Notes: generated by a model from the sequence alone, not told the origin. Shown: positions 18,550-29,368, numbered from the stretch's first letter. The stretch: DNA of 64,000 nucleotides from an uncultured Gammaproteobacteria bacterium (GCA_964459725.1 CAYWNT010000006.1:4569-68568); one strand, 5' to 3'. A program made the numbers and translations.

Positions 18550-19827
18550 ATGATTTTAGACACTATCAAAACTTCACTTAAATCACTAAAGTCAAACAAG
18601 ACGAGAACAGGACTGACTGTCTTGGGCGTGGTCATAGGAATTGCCAGTATCATTATTGTTTTTGCTGCCGGAGAAGGCCTTAGTGGATTGATTATAGGAC
18701 AAGTCGAGTCATTTGGTACAGATATTGTGGTTACAGAGGTAAGAGTGCCAACAGGGAAAAAGGGGCAGACACAAAAAGAAACACAAAGCGCTACAGCCAT
18801 GATTCAAGGGGTGCAAATTACCACCATGAACCTGGATGATATGAGTGATGTTAATAAGCTGGAAAACGTAAAGGATAGCTATGGTGGAATCATTGGTCAA
18901 GAAAAAATTAGTTATAAAAATGAAAGTAAAAACGCAACTATCTTAGGCGTAAATTCGGAATATATTAATATTGATAAAAGTGAGATAGGTAGGGGTAGGT
19001 ATTATACCGATGAGGAAGATAAGTCTCTTGCTATGGTGGTGGTGTTAGGCACGAAAGTAGCCAAAGATTTGTTTGGGGAAATTGATCCGATAGGAAAAAT
19101 GATCAAGGTTCGCAAGTCAAAGTTTAGAGTAATAGGTGTGCTGGCTGAGAGAGGGGCTGTGGTTGGTCAGGATTATGATAGCTATGTATATATGCCAGTC
19201 CGAACACTTCAGAAAAAACTAATGGGTATAGATCATTTAATTTATATGGTTCATCAAATTTATGATTTGGATAGAGCAGAAGAAACAGCTGAAGAGATCC
19301 GGTATTTACTTAGAGAAAACCACGATATTCCAAATACTGGTTTTGGAGATCCAAATATCAGTGGTGACGATTTTCGTGTAACAACCATGGATGAAATGAT
19401 GAGCATGCTCGATGTAGTTACCGGAGCCTTGACTCTTCTTTTGTTAGCAATAGTTGCTATATCATTATTGGTGGGAGGAGTAGGAATTATGAATATTATG
19501 TATGTGTCTGTAAGTGAGAGGGCGCTAGAAATTGGACTTAGAAAGGCAGTTGGGGCAAGATACGGTGATATAATGAAGCAGTTTTTAATTGAATCAATTA
19601 TTATTACTTTATTGGGAGGCATAATAGGAATAACAATTGGAATTTTAATTTCTTATTTTATTTCGTTTGGAGCAAGTTCTCAGGGGATAGATTGGAAGTT
19701 TAGTGTTCCTCTTCGAGCGTTTGTTACAGCGATTTGTTTCTCTTTGGTTTTTGGAGTAATTTTTGGATTGCTGCCAGCCAAAAAGGCAGCACGTTTAAAT
19801 CCGGTTGACGCCATGAGGAAAACTTAA
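18550..19827 (+). CDS. MacB-type ABC transporter permease, second paralogue
   Basis: Same architecture as the first permease. VGGVGIMNIMYVSVSERALEIGLRKAVGA. Confidence 0.88.
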   Translation: MILDTIKTSLKSLKSNKTRTGLTVLGVVIGIASIIIVFAAGEGLSGLIIGQVESFGTDIVVTEVRVPTGKKGQTQKETQSATAMIQGVQITTMNLDDMSDVNKLENVKDSYGGIIGQEKISYKNESKNATILGVNSEYINIDKSEIGRGRYYTDEEDKSLAMVVVLGTKVAKDLFGEIDPIGKMIKVRKSKFRVIGVLAERGAVVGQDYDSYVYMPVRTLQKKLMGIDHLIYMVHQIYDLDRAEETAEEIRYLLRENHDIPNTGFGDPNISGDDFRVTTMDEMMSMLDVVTGALTLLLLAIVAISLLVGGVGIMNIMYVSVSERALEIGLRKAVGARYGDIMKQFLIESIIITLLGGIIGITIGILISYFISFGASSQGIDWKFSVPLRAFVTAICFSLVFGVIFGLLPAKKAARLNPVDAMRKT

Positions 19828-19863
19828 TACTAAACTTCAATTAACAGGAATAGATTGACTTTC

Positions 19864-19892
19864 TTGTTTTTTTTTATTAAAATTGGTATAAT
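19864..19892 (+). promoter_or_regulatory. Putative promoter with extended -10
   Basis: TTGTTT (19864-19869), 17-nt spacer, TGgTATAAT (19884-19892), upstream of ATG 19924. Confidence 0.4.
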
Positions 19893-19923
19893 ATTCATAT
19901 TAATTTTAATATATATTTATTTA

Positions 19924-21945
19924 ATGTTTGGTAAAAATAATTCAAAAAATATAAATTTTATCAAGGAAGTTGAAGAGGGGGCAAAGAAGGTTTATGATAA
20001 TTTACCATCTACAAAAAAGAGAAGAGGTAGAGAAATATTTGGCAAAGTTCTAAGGATCTTGTGGATAGGGATTGTAGGTATAATTTTATTGTCGCTTGTA
20101 TTTTTAGTGATAAATATAGTTAATATAAAAAACGTATATAATGAAATCAGATTAGGCAAGGAAAACATTGAGCAAGCGGTTTATTTTGCGAAAGTTCAAG
20201 ATTTTCCTACTGCCAAAACCTATGCTGATTTATCTTTTGATAATTTTGGTAAAGCTAGAGAGGTACTTGAAAAATACGAAGAAAATTTTTTAATATCCAG
20301 ACTTGGTTATATAAAGAAACAAGTATCAAATTTGGTGAATTTATCTTCGGCTGCAGAGATGCTTAGTGGTGCCATGGCCGAAGGTGTTCTGTTTGCTTCG
20401 ACCTTAAATGAGGCGCTCAGTGATAAGAAAAATTTTACCAAGCTAACCGATGAAGAAAAGAGCAAGATATTGGGAATTATTTATAATGGCTCTGATGAGC
20501 TCACCAAAATAAAAAATAATATCGACAAAGCAGTTGATGATTTAGGGCAAGTAAAATTTCCCCCCTTTTTGAAAATTGTTAGCACAAAAGTAGAAGGTCT
20601 GAGGGATAAGGTTGTGGAAGCACAGGACATGCTGGGTAAGGCTATCCCACTTTCTAAGATTTTACCAGAAGTGTTTGGATATCCTGATAAGTCGGCCTTT
20701 TTAGTTATTTTACAAAATAGTGACGAACTTAGACCCACAGGAGGATTTATTGGGACATACGGGATTGTTGAAATGGAAAATAGTGATGTGGCAAGACTTG
20801 ATACTCACGATATTTATCACATGGACATGCCTGTCAAAGACAAGATCAGTATTGAGCCACCTCTTCCTCTTAAAGAGTACCTAGGAGTTGATAAGTGGTT
20901 TATGCGTGATTCTAACTGGTCTCCGGACTGGCCCACATCAGCTAAAAAAATAGAAGAGTTTTACGAATTGGAAAATAATTTATTACCGCCACAGAATCAG
21001 ATTAATGATTTTTATGGAAAATTCGATGGTGTAATTGCTGTAAATCCGAGATTTATCACAGATTTAATAAAGTATATCGGCCCAATAGAAATAGAGGGCG
21101 TGAAATACAATGAGAAAAACTTTGTTGATTTACTCGAGTACAGAGTGGAGAAAGGGTATGTGAGCCTGGGTGTGCCAAAATGGCAGAGGAAAGAGGTGAT
21201 AGGCAAGATAGCAAAGGAGATAAAAGTGAGACTACTAGATCTTCCATTTGTTGAAATGTATAAAATAGTAAACGAAATAGACAAGAATTTACTCAGAAAA
21301 GACCTGATGGTTTATTTCAAGGATAATGAATTACAAAATTTGGCCCTTGAACAGGGCTGGGGCGGTAATATGATTAGTACGGAAGGAGATTATTTAATGG
21401 TTGTTGATTCAAATATGGCGAGCTTGAAAACTGATGCTGTAATCAAGAGAAGAATAAATCATGAGGTAGGAGAGGAAATTGATGGACTGTTTTCAAAGTT
21501 AGAAATTAGCTATATGCACAGCGGGTCTTTTGACTGGAAGACAACCAGATATAGGACATATACCAGAGTGTATGTTCCTGAGGGAAGTGAGCTTGTTCAA
21601 GTGGGAGGAGGCAATCCGGAGGAGGTAGAGGTTTATAATGAGTTTGGCAAAACTGTTTTCGCTGTATTTTTCACAGTTGAACCGGGCAAGATTGGCACTT
21701 TGACTTTTAGATATAAGCTGCCAGACAATATACTCAAGGACGATAGTTATTTTTTGTATCTGCAAAAACAGCCAGGCAGTGTTTATGATGGAGTGAATAT
21801 AAGCTTGAACTTTAATGAGGAAATAAAAAGATACACCCCAACAGGATTTTTTGCCAAGAAGGAGAAGGCTGGAAACGTTAAATGGGAAAACGATTTTGAA
21901 ACAGATCTTATTTACAAAGTAGATCTTGCTAATATTATTTATTAA
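19924..21945 (+). CDS. DUF4012 domain-containing membrane-anchored protein
   Basis: LVILQNSDELRPTGGFIGTYGIVEMENSDV core typical of DUF4012, with an N-terminal TM span. The track ORF opens at TTG 19855; ATG 19924 is preferred. Confidence 0.8.
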   Translation: MFGKNNSKNINFIKEVEEGAKKVYDNLPSTKKRRGREIFGKVLRILWIGIVGIILLSLVFLVINIVNIKNVYNEIRLGKENIEQAVYFAKVQDFPTAKTYADLSFDNFGKAREVLEKYEENFLISRLGYIKKQVSNLVNLSSAAEMLSGAMAEGVLFASTLNEALSDKKNFTKLTDEEKSKILGIIYNGSDELTKIKNNIDKAVDDLGQVKFPPFLKIVSTKVEGLRDKVVEAQDMLGKAIPLSKILPEVFGYPDKSAFLVILQNSDELRPTGGFIGTYGIVEMENSDVARLDTHDIYHMDMPVKDKISIEPPLPLKEYLGVDKWFMRDSNWSPDWPTSAKKIEEFYELENNLLPPQNQINDFYGKFDGVIAVNPRFITDLIKYIGPIEIEGVKYNEKNFVDLLEYRVEKGYVSLGVPKWQRKEVIGKIAKEIKVRLLDLPFVEMYKIVNEIDKNLLRKDLMVYFKDNELQNLALEQGWGGNMISTEGDYLMVVDSNMASLKTDAVIKRRINHEVGEEIDGLFSKLEISYMHSGSFDWKTTRYRTYTRVYVPEGSELVQVGGGNPEEVEVYNEFGKTVFAVFFTVEPGKIGTLTFRYKLPDNILKDDSYFLYLQKQPGSVYDGVNISLNFNEEIKRYTPTGFFAKKEKAGNVKWENDFETDLIYKVDLANIIY

Positions 21946-21962
21946 AAAGTAATTACATAAAA

Positions 21963-22970
21963 ATGTTTATTAAAAGAATAGGAATTGATTTAGGCACAAC
22001 TTATACATTGGTTCACTTACCTAAAAGAGGGATTGTTATAAATGAGCCCAGTGTAGTCGCGGTATCAATGACGGACAAAAAGATTTTAGCTGTTGGAAAT
22101 GAGGCCAAGGACATGCTCGGCAGGACTCCTGATTCAATTATAGCTGTTAAGCCTCTAAAGGATGGGGTTATAGCAGATTATAGAACCACAGAGGCCATGC
22201 TTAGATATTTTATAAATAAAGCCGTGGGCGGTGTTAGACTTTTTCGACCAGAGGTAATGGTGGCAGTGCCGGCGGGTATTTCTTCGACCGAGAGAAGGGC
22301 TGTAATTGACGCCACTATTGCGGCTGGCGCAAAAGCAGCCTACATTATAAAAGAGCCGGTTGCGGCTGCCATTGGAGCAGATATACCGATTGGCTCAGCT
22401 TCTGGCCATATGATTGTGGATATTGGAGGTGGGACTGCTGAAATGGCTGTTATTTCTCTTGGCGGTATTGTGTCTGCCACCTCGGTGCGTGTTGGTGGAA
22501 ATAAGTTTGATGCATCAATTATTGAGTACATAAGAAAGAAGTATAATTTATCTATTGGCGAGAGAACCGCAGAGGATATAAAAATAAATATTGGATCCGC
22601 TCTTTATTTAGAGGATAAGCTTTCTATGGAAACAAGAGGGAGAGACATACTGACTGGCTTGCCTCGCAGTATTACTGTTACGAGTAGTGACATAACAGAG
22701 GCCTTACAACACGAATTGGAGTCAATTATATCGGCAGTGAAGAATGTGTTACATGAAACACCACCTGAACTTTCGGCTGACATTATGGACAAGGGCATGG
22801 TTCTGTCAGGTGGGAGCTCTCTACTTAGAAACATAGATCAGCTTTTATTTAGAACAACAGGAGTGCCAGCCTACGTGGCAGACGAATCTCTATTATGTGT
22901 GGCCAAGGGGACAGGAATCGCCCTTGAAAACTTAGATAGCTACAAAAGGAGCATATTAGCAACTAAATAA
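21963..22970 (+). CDS. mreB: Rod-shape-determining protein MreB
   Basis: IGIDLGTTYTLV, VAVPAGISSTERRAV, MIVDIGGGTAEMAVISLGG, VLSGGSSLLRNID. Actin-fold motifs. Confidence 0.93.
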   Translation: MFIKRIGIDLGTTYTLVHLPKRGIVINEPSVVAVSMTDKKILAVGNEAKDMLGRTPDSIIAVKPLKDGVIADYRTTEAMLRYFINKAVGGVRLFRPEVMVAVPAGISSTERRAVIDATIAAGAKAAYIIKEPVAAAIGADIPIGSASGHMIVDIGGGTAEMAVISLGGIVSATSVRVGGNKFDASIIEYIRKKYNLSIGERTAEDIKINIGSALYLEDKLSMETRGRDILTGLPRSITVTSSDITEALQHELESIISAVKNVLHETPPELSADIMDKGMVLSGGSSLLRNIDQLLFRTTGVPAYVADESLLCVAKGTGIALENLDSYKRSILATK

Positions 22971-22975
22971 TTTAT

Positions 22976-24250
22976 ATGATTATTGGGATAGACGCAAGTC
23001 GAGCAAATAAAAAAAGAAAGACAGGGACGGAATGGTACTCTTATTATCTGATTAGACATTTTGCAGAAATTGATGATAAAAATGAATATATACTATATTC
23101 TGATGAGCCTTTTTGTAAAAATTTGCTTGACTTGGGAGGGTGCGACAATAAATCAGGTGAAAAAAAGGAAGGAGAATACGTGAATATAAAAAGTCCTCAT
23201 AATAACTTCAAGGGTAAGATTTTGAAATGGCCAATGAAGTATTTCTGGACACAAGGACGTCTGTCTCTGGAGATGCTTTTTAATAAGCCTGACGTTTTGT
23301 TTGTTCCCTCTCACTCGCTGCCTCTAATTTCTCCTAAAAAGTCAATTGCCACAATCCATGATATTGGATTTGAGAAAAATGCTGATCTTTACAGGTCAGA
23401 CATGATTGGACCAGAAAATAAATATATAAAAAAAATTATCAATTTTTTAGCTCGCTTAGTAACTTTGGGAAAATATACTTCTAGTGTTTTAGATTACTTG
23501 AGGTGGTCAACAGCATTTACACTAAAAAAGGCAGAGAAAATAATTTCTGTGTCTCACTTTACCAAAAGTGAATTAGTAAAATTATACAACGCTGATTCTG
23601 ATAAAATAAGAGTTGTTCATAATGGCTACAATGTGGATCTCTACAAAAAGTATAGCGAAAACGAGCAAGAGGAGGTAAAAAGAAAATACGGTATAGAGGG
23701 ATCATTTTTTCTCTACATAGGGAGATTGGAAAAAAAGAAAAACACGCCAGCCCTTATTGAAGCTTTTGCCTTCCTGAAGGACAAGAAGAAGGATTTAAAT
23801 TTGAAGTTGGTCTTGATTGGAGAAGCGAGTTACGGCTATGATGAGGTAAATTATATGATAAGAGAGTTTGGATTGGATAATGATGTAATTATAACAGGCT
23901 GGATCCCAGAAGTTGATATCCCAAAAATTTGTAGCGCAGCTACTGCTTTTATTTTTCCTTCAATGTATGAAGGTTTTGGGATTCCATTGCTTCAGGCTAT
24001 GTCATGTGAAGTCCCAGTTGCAGCTTCAGACATATCCTCAATTCCAGAAGTGGTTGGTGATGCCGCGTTGTTATTTAGTCCTACCAGCGTATTTTCGATA
24101 TCTAGAGCTATGGAGAAAATCTATGAAGATGAGGGGCTGCGGAATGATTTGATAGAAAAAGGAAAAAGACGGGTGGGGGATTTTAGTTGGCGAATTTGCG
24201 CAGAGGAAACATTGGCTGAGCTCTTGAACAAGAAGAAAAATAGCGACTAA
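22976..24250 (+). CDS. Glycosyltransferase family 4 (GT-B, group 1)
   Basis: C-terminal FIFPSMYEGFGIPLLQAMSCEVPV motif (EX7E type). Confidence 0.82.
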   Translation: MIIGIDASRANKKRKTGTEWYSYYLIRHFAEIDDKNEYILYSDEPFCKNLLDLGGCDNKSGEKKEGEYVNIKSPHNNFKGKILKWPMKYFWTQGRLSLEMLFNKPDVLFVPSHSLPLISPKKSIATIHDIGFEKNADLYRSDMIGPENKYIKKIINFLARLVTLGKYTSSVLDYLRWSTAFTLKKAEKIISVSHFTKSELVKLYNADSDKIRVVHNGYNVDLYKKYSENEQEEVKRKYGIEGSFFLYIGRLEKKKNTPALIEAFAFLKDKKKDLNLKLVLIGEASYGYDEVNYMIREFGLDNDVIITGWIPEVDIPKICSAATAFIFPSMYEGFGIPLLQAMSCEVPVAASDISSIPEVVGDAALLFSPTSVFSISRAMEKIYEDEGLRNDLIEKGKRRVGDFSWRICAEETLAELLNKKKNSD

Positions 24251-24295
24251 AAAAAGTTGTATTATTAACTATTAATATGTTATAATAGAGATGTT

Positions 24296-26194
24296 ATGAA
24301 AAATTTTAAGACATCTTTTTTTTATTTAATAATAGTAATATTTTTATTTGGAGGAGTCTTTTGTGTGTTCAATGAAGACGTAATCGCAAGTGCGCCTAAA
24401 AACAGGGGATTACTCGTGAAATATGAAAATATTCAGGAGGTATTAAGTATTGATAATGTTGACGACGTTGTGTTTGATTCGGAAATTGAGTATATAGAGC
24501 CAAATTTTTTGTATAATGCCTCAATGATACCGTCTGATACTTTTTTGGATAAGCAATGGTATTTAAAGAAAATAAAGGCTTATGAGGCCTGGGATGTTGT
24601 AAGAGAAAGTGAGGATATAATAATAGCCATAATAGATTCAGGTGTTCAAATCAACCATCCCGATTTGAAGGATAATATCTGGATAAATGAGGGGGAGATA
24701 GCTGATAATGGCATAGATGATGATAACAATGGATTCATTGACGATGTTAACGGATGGGATTTTGTAGGTAATGTTTTTGATCCAAATCCTAAATTGGATG
24801 AGGGATTCACAAAGGACGGAGTCATGCACGGTACCATAGTAGCGGGAGTGGCGGCTGCATCTGGTAACAACGCAGCAGGTATTGCCGGTGTTACCTGGAG
24901 GAGCAAGATAATGCCCTTGCGTGTTTTGGATGGGAAAGGAGAGGGTGATACTAAAAATGTTATTCGCGCTATAGATTATGCAATAAAAAATGGAGCCGAT
25001 ATTATCAACTTCAGCTTTGTTGGTTTTGGTTTTAGTCGAAGTCTGGAAGCTGCTATCGAGCGAGCATACAACGCGGGGATAATAATGGTTGCAGCAGCCG
25101 GAAATGATTCAGAGGGCGGGGAAGGTTATTCTCTTGATAAGAATCCGATGTACCCTGTTTGTCACGACGGAAAAAACGGAGAAAATATGGTTATTGGTGT
25201 AGCCGCGACTGACGCTATTGATCAAAAAACATTATTTTCTGGTTATGGAAACAAATGCATAGATCTTTCAGCTCCTGGTATTAGTATTTTTAGTACAGCT
25301 GTAGCCGATAAGAGCTATAATACTCCTCAAATTTCATTTAATTCACTATATGATGGTTACTGGTCAGGTACTTCAATGGCTGTGCCAATAGTTAGTGGGG
25401 CTGTGGCACTAGTTGAAGCTGTTAATCCAAGACTAGGCAGAGATGATGTTGTAAGAGCCATTGTTAACGGCTCGGACAATATAAACAAATTAAACCCAGA
25501 TTATTTAAATCTCCTAGGAAGGGGAAGATTGAATTTGTATAATTCTGTAAATAACGCCTTTAATAGTTTTACAAATGCAGCCGTTAAGCTTATTTTGGCT
25601 CCAAAAAGCAATAAGGAAAGCATAATAAAATTAACCGAAAGAAACGGTGATGAATTTAGAGAGTTTTTCGCCTACAATGAGAATTTCCGTGGTGGGGTGA
25701 ATGTGGCCGTAGGAGATGTTGATGGAGATGGCAAGGATGAAATAGTAACTGGCGCTGGGTTTACCGGAGGACCCCATGTTAGGATATTTAAAGGGAACGG
25801 TTCGATTGAAGGAGGGTTCTTTGCTTATGATAAAAATTTTCGTGGGGGTGTAAATGTGGCTGTGGCAAATTTTGATACCAGCATCAGAAATAGCAAGTCA
25901 AAAATTATAACTAGCCCGGGACCAGGAGGCGGACCCCAGATTAAAATTTTCGATAATCACTCTAGAATTTATGGACAGTTTTTTGCTTACAATGAAAAAT
26001 TCAAAGGAGGCGTAAATATTTATTCTTCAGATATCGACCTGGATGGTAGAGATGAGATAATTACAGGCGCTGGCCCAACTGGCGCTCCTCACGTTAGAGT
26101 TTTTAGAGATGATGGAGTTTTGATAAATTCTTTTTATGGTTTTGAAGAGGAATTTTTAGATGGCATCAATGTAGCAGCTATAGAATTAAATTAA
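24296..26194 (+). CDS. Secreted subtilisin-like S8 serine protease with C-terminal FG-GAP/VCBS-like repeats
   Basis: Signal/TM N-terminus. Catalytic triad contexts IAIIDSGV (Asp), HGTIVAGVAAA (His), GTSMAVPIVSGAVAL (Ser). Four repeats of FFAY(N/D)xNFRGGVNVAxxDxDGDGxDEIxTGAG. Confidence 0.85.
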   Translation: MKNFKTSFFYLIIVIFLFGGVFCVFNEDVIASAPKNRGLLVKYENIQEVLSIDNVDDVVFDSEIEYIEPNFLYNASMIPSDTFLDKQWYLKKIKAYEAWDVVRESEDIIIAIIDSGVQINHPDLKDNIWINEGEIADNGIDDDNNGFIDDVNGWDFVGNVFDPNPKLDEGFTKDGVMHGTIVAGVAAASGNNAAGIAGVTWRSKIMPLRVLDGKGEGDTKNVIRAIDYAIKNGADIINFSFVGFGFSRSLEAAIERAYNAGIIMVAAAGNDSEGGEGYSLDKNPMYPVCHDGKNGENMVIGVAATDAIDQKTLFSGYGNKCIDLSAPGISIFSTAVADKSYNTPQISFNSLYDGYWSGTSMAVPIVSGAVALVEAVNPRLGRDDVVRAIVNGSDNINKLNPDYLNLLGRGRLNLYNSVNNAFNSFTNAAVKLILAPKSNKESIIKLTERNGDEFREFFAYNENFRGGVNVAVGDVDGDGKDEIVTGAGFTGGPHVRIFKGNGSIEGGFFAYDKNFRGGVNVAVANFDTSIRNSKSKIITSPGPGGGPQIKIFDNHSRIYGQFFAYNEKFKGGVNIYSSDIDLDGRDEIITGAGPTGAPHVRVFRDDGVLINSFYGFEEEFLDGINVAAIELN

Positions 26195-26201
26195 TATTAA
26201 T

Positions 26202-27215
26202 ATGTCTAAAAGAGCAATATTTGATAAAAAAAATGTTTTAGTTATCGGTGGAGCCGGCTTTATCGGGTCTCATCTTTGCGATGAGTTAGTGAAGACTTCA
26301 AAGGTTATTTGTTTGGATAATTTTATTACGGGCCAGGAAAAAAACATAGACCATTTACTTTCTGACCCAAATTTTGAGTTTATAAATCATGATATCACAA
26401 AAGACTTGGAGTTGGAGAGCCTTAATGAGTTGCAAAAGTTTAAAATTGATTTTCAAGGCGTGCAAGAGATTTATTATTTAGCTTGTCCGATGTCGGTAAG
26501 TAAGTTTGGCAAAAATCAAATAGAAGTTTTAAATTCGAACTCTACCGGACTTAAGAATGCCTTAGATATGTCCGTGAAATACAATGCAAAATTCCTATTT
26601 TTCTCATCTTCAGTAGTGTATGGTGAGCAGGCAGACGAGAACAAGAGGGTGGATGAGTCACATGTTGGTAAAATTGATAATTTGTCGGGCAGAGCAGTGT
26701 ATGATGTTGGTAAAAGATTCGCAGAAACTATGGTGATGAGCTATAGAAGAGAATATGGAATAGATTCCAAGGTCCTTAGATTGTTTAGAGTGTATGGGCC
26801 CAGGATGCTTATGGATGATGGGCAGATGATACCGGATTTTATAAATAATGCTTTAAGTAATGAGGATTTAACTGTTTATGGTGATGAAAATTTTGCATCT
26901 TCATTTTGTTATGTGAGTGACTCTGTAGAGGCGGCAATAAAAATGATGTCTACAGACATGTCGGGTCCCATCAATATAGGTTCAGACATAAGGATAAATT
27001 TAACAGAATTAGCGAATATGATTATACAGATTCTTGGAGCTGATTCTAGAATTAACTATTCCAAAGAATTATTATTTATGAAACCTTTGAGTTTGCCGGA
27101 TTTAACTAAAGCAAAAAATGAACTTGGCTGGTTGCCCGTGGTAACCTTGAATAAAGGATTAGAACTGACAATAGAAGATTTGCGCGCGAATGTCGGGCTG
27201 AAGGGTATAGGTTAA
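26202..27215 (+). CDS. NAD-dependent epimerase/dehydratase (UDP-glucuronate decarboxylase/UXS-like)
   Basis: VLVIGGAGFIGSHLCDEL Rossmann motif, YDVGKRFAET (YxxxK), RVYGPRM. The upstream catalytic strand reads SSSVVYG instead of the STSEVYG of typical UXS. Confidence 0.8.
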   Translation: MSKRAIFDKKNVLVIGGAGFIGSHLCDELVKTSKVICLDNFITGQEKNIDHLLSDPNFEFINHDITKDLELESLNELQKFKIDFQGVQEIYYLACPMSVSKFGKNQIEVLNSNSTGLKNALDMSVKYNAKFLFFSSSVVYGEQADENKRVDESHVGKIDNLSGRAVYDVGKRFAETMVMSYRREYGIDSKVLRLFRVYGPRMLMDDGQMIPDFINNALSNEDLTVYGDENFASSFCYVSDSVEAAIKMMSTDMSGPINIGSDIRINLTELANMIIQILGADSRINYSKELLFMKPLSLPDLTKAKNELGWLPVVTLNKGLELTIEDLRANVGLKGIG

Positions 27216-27878
27216 ATGAAGGTATTTTGTGTAATTCCGGCTTGGAATGAAGAAAAATCTATAGCAAAAGTGATTAGAGATGTGAAGCCGTATGTGGACG
27301 AGGTGGTTGTTGTTGATGATTGTTCTGCTGATAGCACATACTCTATTTTAGAAAGCCAAGATGTTAATGTTCTTCGTCATGTTGTAAACAGGGGCCAGGG
27401 TGCTGCGCTTCAAACAGGTAACAACTTTGCGCTAGAAAATGGAGCCGATATTGTGGTTCATTTTGATGCAGATGGGCAGTTTCTTGCCAGTGAAATTAAT
27501 GACCTTTTGAATCCTATAAAGAATGATGCTTGTGACGTGGTCTTTGGATCAAGATTTTTAACGAAAAAATCAAAAATGCCCTTCTTGAAGAAAAACGTTC
27601 TTATGCCTATTGGCCGTATAGTGAATAAAATATTTTTTAATATCAATCTGACAGACCCGCAGAGCGGCTTTAGGGCGATGAATAGACGAGCATTAGAGAG
27701 TGTTAGGATTGAGCAGCGAGAAATGGCGCATTGTAGTGAGATAATTGCAAAATCTTTTTCAAGTAAATTAAGAATACAAGAGGTTCCCATAACTGTTATT
27801 TATGAAAATTTTGGGCAGGGGATTGGGGGGGGGATTAGAATAATTAAAGATATTATTATTAGTAAGTTGATAAAATAA
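27216..27878 (+). CDS. Glycosyltransferase family 2 (polyprenyl-phosphate glycosyltransferase, GtrB/DPM1-like)
   Basis: VIPAWNEEKSI, VVVDDCSADST, HFDADGQ, GFRAMNRRAL. ATG overlaps the upstream stop (taaATG). Confidence 0.82.
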   Translation: MKVFCVIPAWNEEKSIAKVIRDVKPYVDEVVVVDDCSADSTYSILESQDVNVLRHVVNRGQGAALQTGNNFALENGADIVVHFDADGQFLASEINDLLNPIKNDACDVVFGSRFLTKKSKMPFLKKNVLMPIGRIVNKIFFNINLTDPQSGFRAMNRRALESVRIEQREMAHCSEIIAKSFSSKLRIQEVPITVIYENFGQGIGGGIRIIKDIIISKLIK

Positions 27879-27882
27879 ATAT

Positions 27883-28230
27883 ATGCTACAACAAGTTATA
27901 GCCATAGTGGTAGTTGCTTATTTTCTTTTTAGATTGATTTGGCAAAAAAAGAAAATGAAAATTTCAAAAATAGAGTTTGTGTTTTGGTTTTTGTTTTGGA
28001 GCTTCTCTCTTCTGGCCGTGATTGGCATAAGGTATATTGATAGTTTTGTGGCAAGACTAGGTTTTTCAGCGGCCGGTGTAGATGTTATTGTTTATTTTGG
28101 GGTTTTGATTCTTTTTTATATGGTATTTAGAATAAGGTTAAGGCAAGAAAGGATTGATAGAGAAATAACAAAAATATCAAGAACAATTGCAATTGATAAC
28201 GCAATTAAATCTGATAAAAAACAAGATTAA
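27883..28230 (+). CDS. Small membrane protein, DUF2304-like (often paired with GtrB-like GT2)
   Basis: Three to four TM spans plus a charged C-terminal helix. Position immediately after the GT2 gene. Confidence 0.55.
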   Translation: MLQQVIAIVVVAYFLFRLIWQKKKMKISKIEFVFWFLFWSFSLLAVIGIRYIDSFVARLGFSAAGVDVIVYFGVLILFYMVFRIRLRQERIDREITKISRTIAIDNAIKSDKKQD

Positions 28231-28231
28231 T

Positions 28232-29368
28232 ATGAAAATAGCACAAGTGGCTTGCACGTTCCCGCCCTACAAAGGCGGTATCGGTAACGTTGCAAGGTGG
28301 TATAGTGAGGTATTGTCAGAGAAAAATGATGTAACCGTGTTTACACCAAAATACGATAATGATTCATTATCCAACCACAAAAAGGAAAAATACAAAATAA
28401 CAAGAATAAAATCTTTGTTAAAATACGGGAATGGGGCATTACTGCCTCAATTATTTTTTTTAGCTAAAAGGTTTGACGTTGTTCACCTGCATTATCCATT
28501 CTTTGGCGGGGCTGAGGTGTTGTGGTTTGCTAAAATTATATTTCCAAAGAGATTTAAACTGGTTTTACATTTCCATATGGACACAGGCAGCTTGCCACTT
28601 ATCCCGAGATTATTGAGTTTTCCGTCAAAATTAATCAAAAACTCTTTATTTAAAAACGCAGACGCAATTACATGCGCCAGCCTTGATTATGTCAAAAATT
28701 CTTCACTTAAACGTATTTATAATAAAAACAAAAATAAATTTTATGAAATTCCATTTGGAGTGGATGTAGACAGGTTTTACCCTCAAGAAAATAAAAATAC
28801 TCAAAAATTTAAAATACTTTTTGTTGGCGGACTTGATAAGGCGCACGATTTTAAGGGGTTGGAGTTTTTGCTATCAGCGGTTGCTGACTTGGAATTCTCC
28901 AATTGGGAATTAGATATTGTAGGGAGTGGGGATAATAAGGAGCGTTATGAAAAATATTGCCGGACAAAAAAAATTGAAAATAAAGTTAACTTTTTAGGGG
29001 GTGTTAGTGATGAAGAATTGCCCAAGGTTTATCAGGGTGCTCATGTATTTGCTTTGCCTTCTATAAATAGTCACGAGGCATTTGGGGTGGTACTTTTGGA
29101 GGCAATGGCTAGCGGATTACCAGTTATCGCCTCCGATCTTTATGGTGTTAGGAAGGTGTTTGTTGACGGAGTCCAAGGATATTATTCTCATCCAGGTGAT
29201 GTGGGTAGTATCAAGGAGAAAATTGAGAAGATATTATTAAACGATAATCTGAGAAGTAAGATGGGGGAGGCATCAAGAGATTTGGCAGTTAATAAATATA
29301 ATATTTCAAAAGTGAATAATCAACTTTTAGATTTTTATGAAAATTTGCTTGATAAACAATCTATATAA
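28232..29368 (+). CDS. Glycosyltransferase family 4
   Basis: MKIAQVACTFPPYKGGIGNV N-terminus and FALPSINSHEAFGVVLLEAMASGLPV. Start at ATG 28232 rather than the track start 28187. Confidence 0.82.
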   Translation: MKIAQVACTFPPYKGGIGNVARWYSEVLSEKNDVTVFTPKYDNDSLSNHKKEKYKITRIKSLLKYGNGALLPQLFFLAKRFDVVHLHYPFFGGAEVLWFAKIIFPKRFKLVLHFHMDTGSLPLIPRLLSFPSKLIKNSLFKNADAITCASLDYVKNSSLKRIYNKNKNKFYEIPFGVDVDRFYPQENKNTQKFKILFVGGLDKAHDFKGLEFLLSAVADLEFSNWELDIVGSGDNKERYEKYCRTKKIENKVNFLGGVSDEELPKVYQGAHVFALPSINSHEAFGVVLLEAMASGLPVIASDLYGVRKVFVDGVQGYYSHPGDVGSIKEKIEKILLNDNLRSKMGEASRDLAVNKYNISKVNNQLLDFYENLLDKQSI

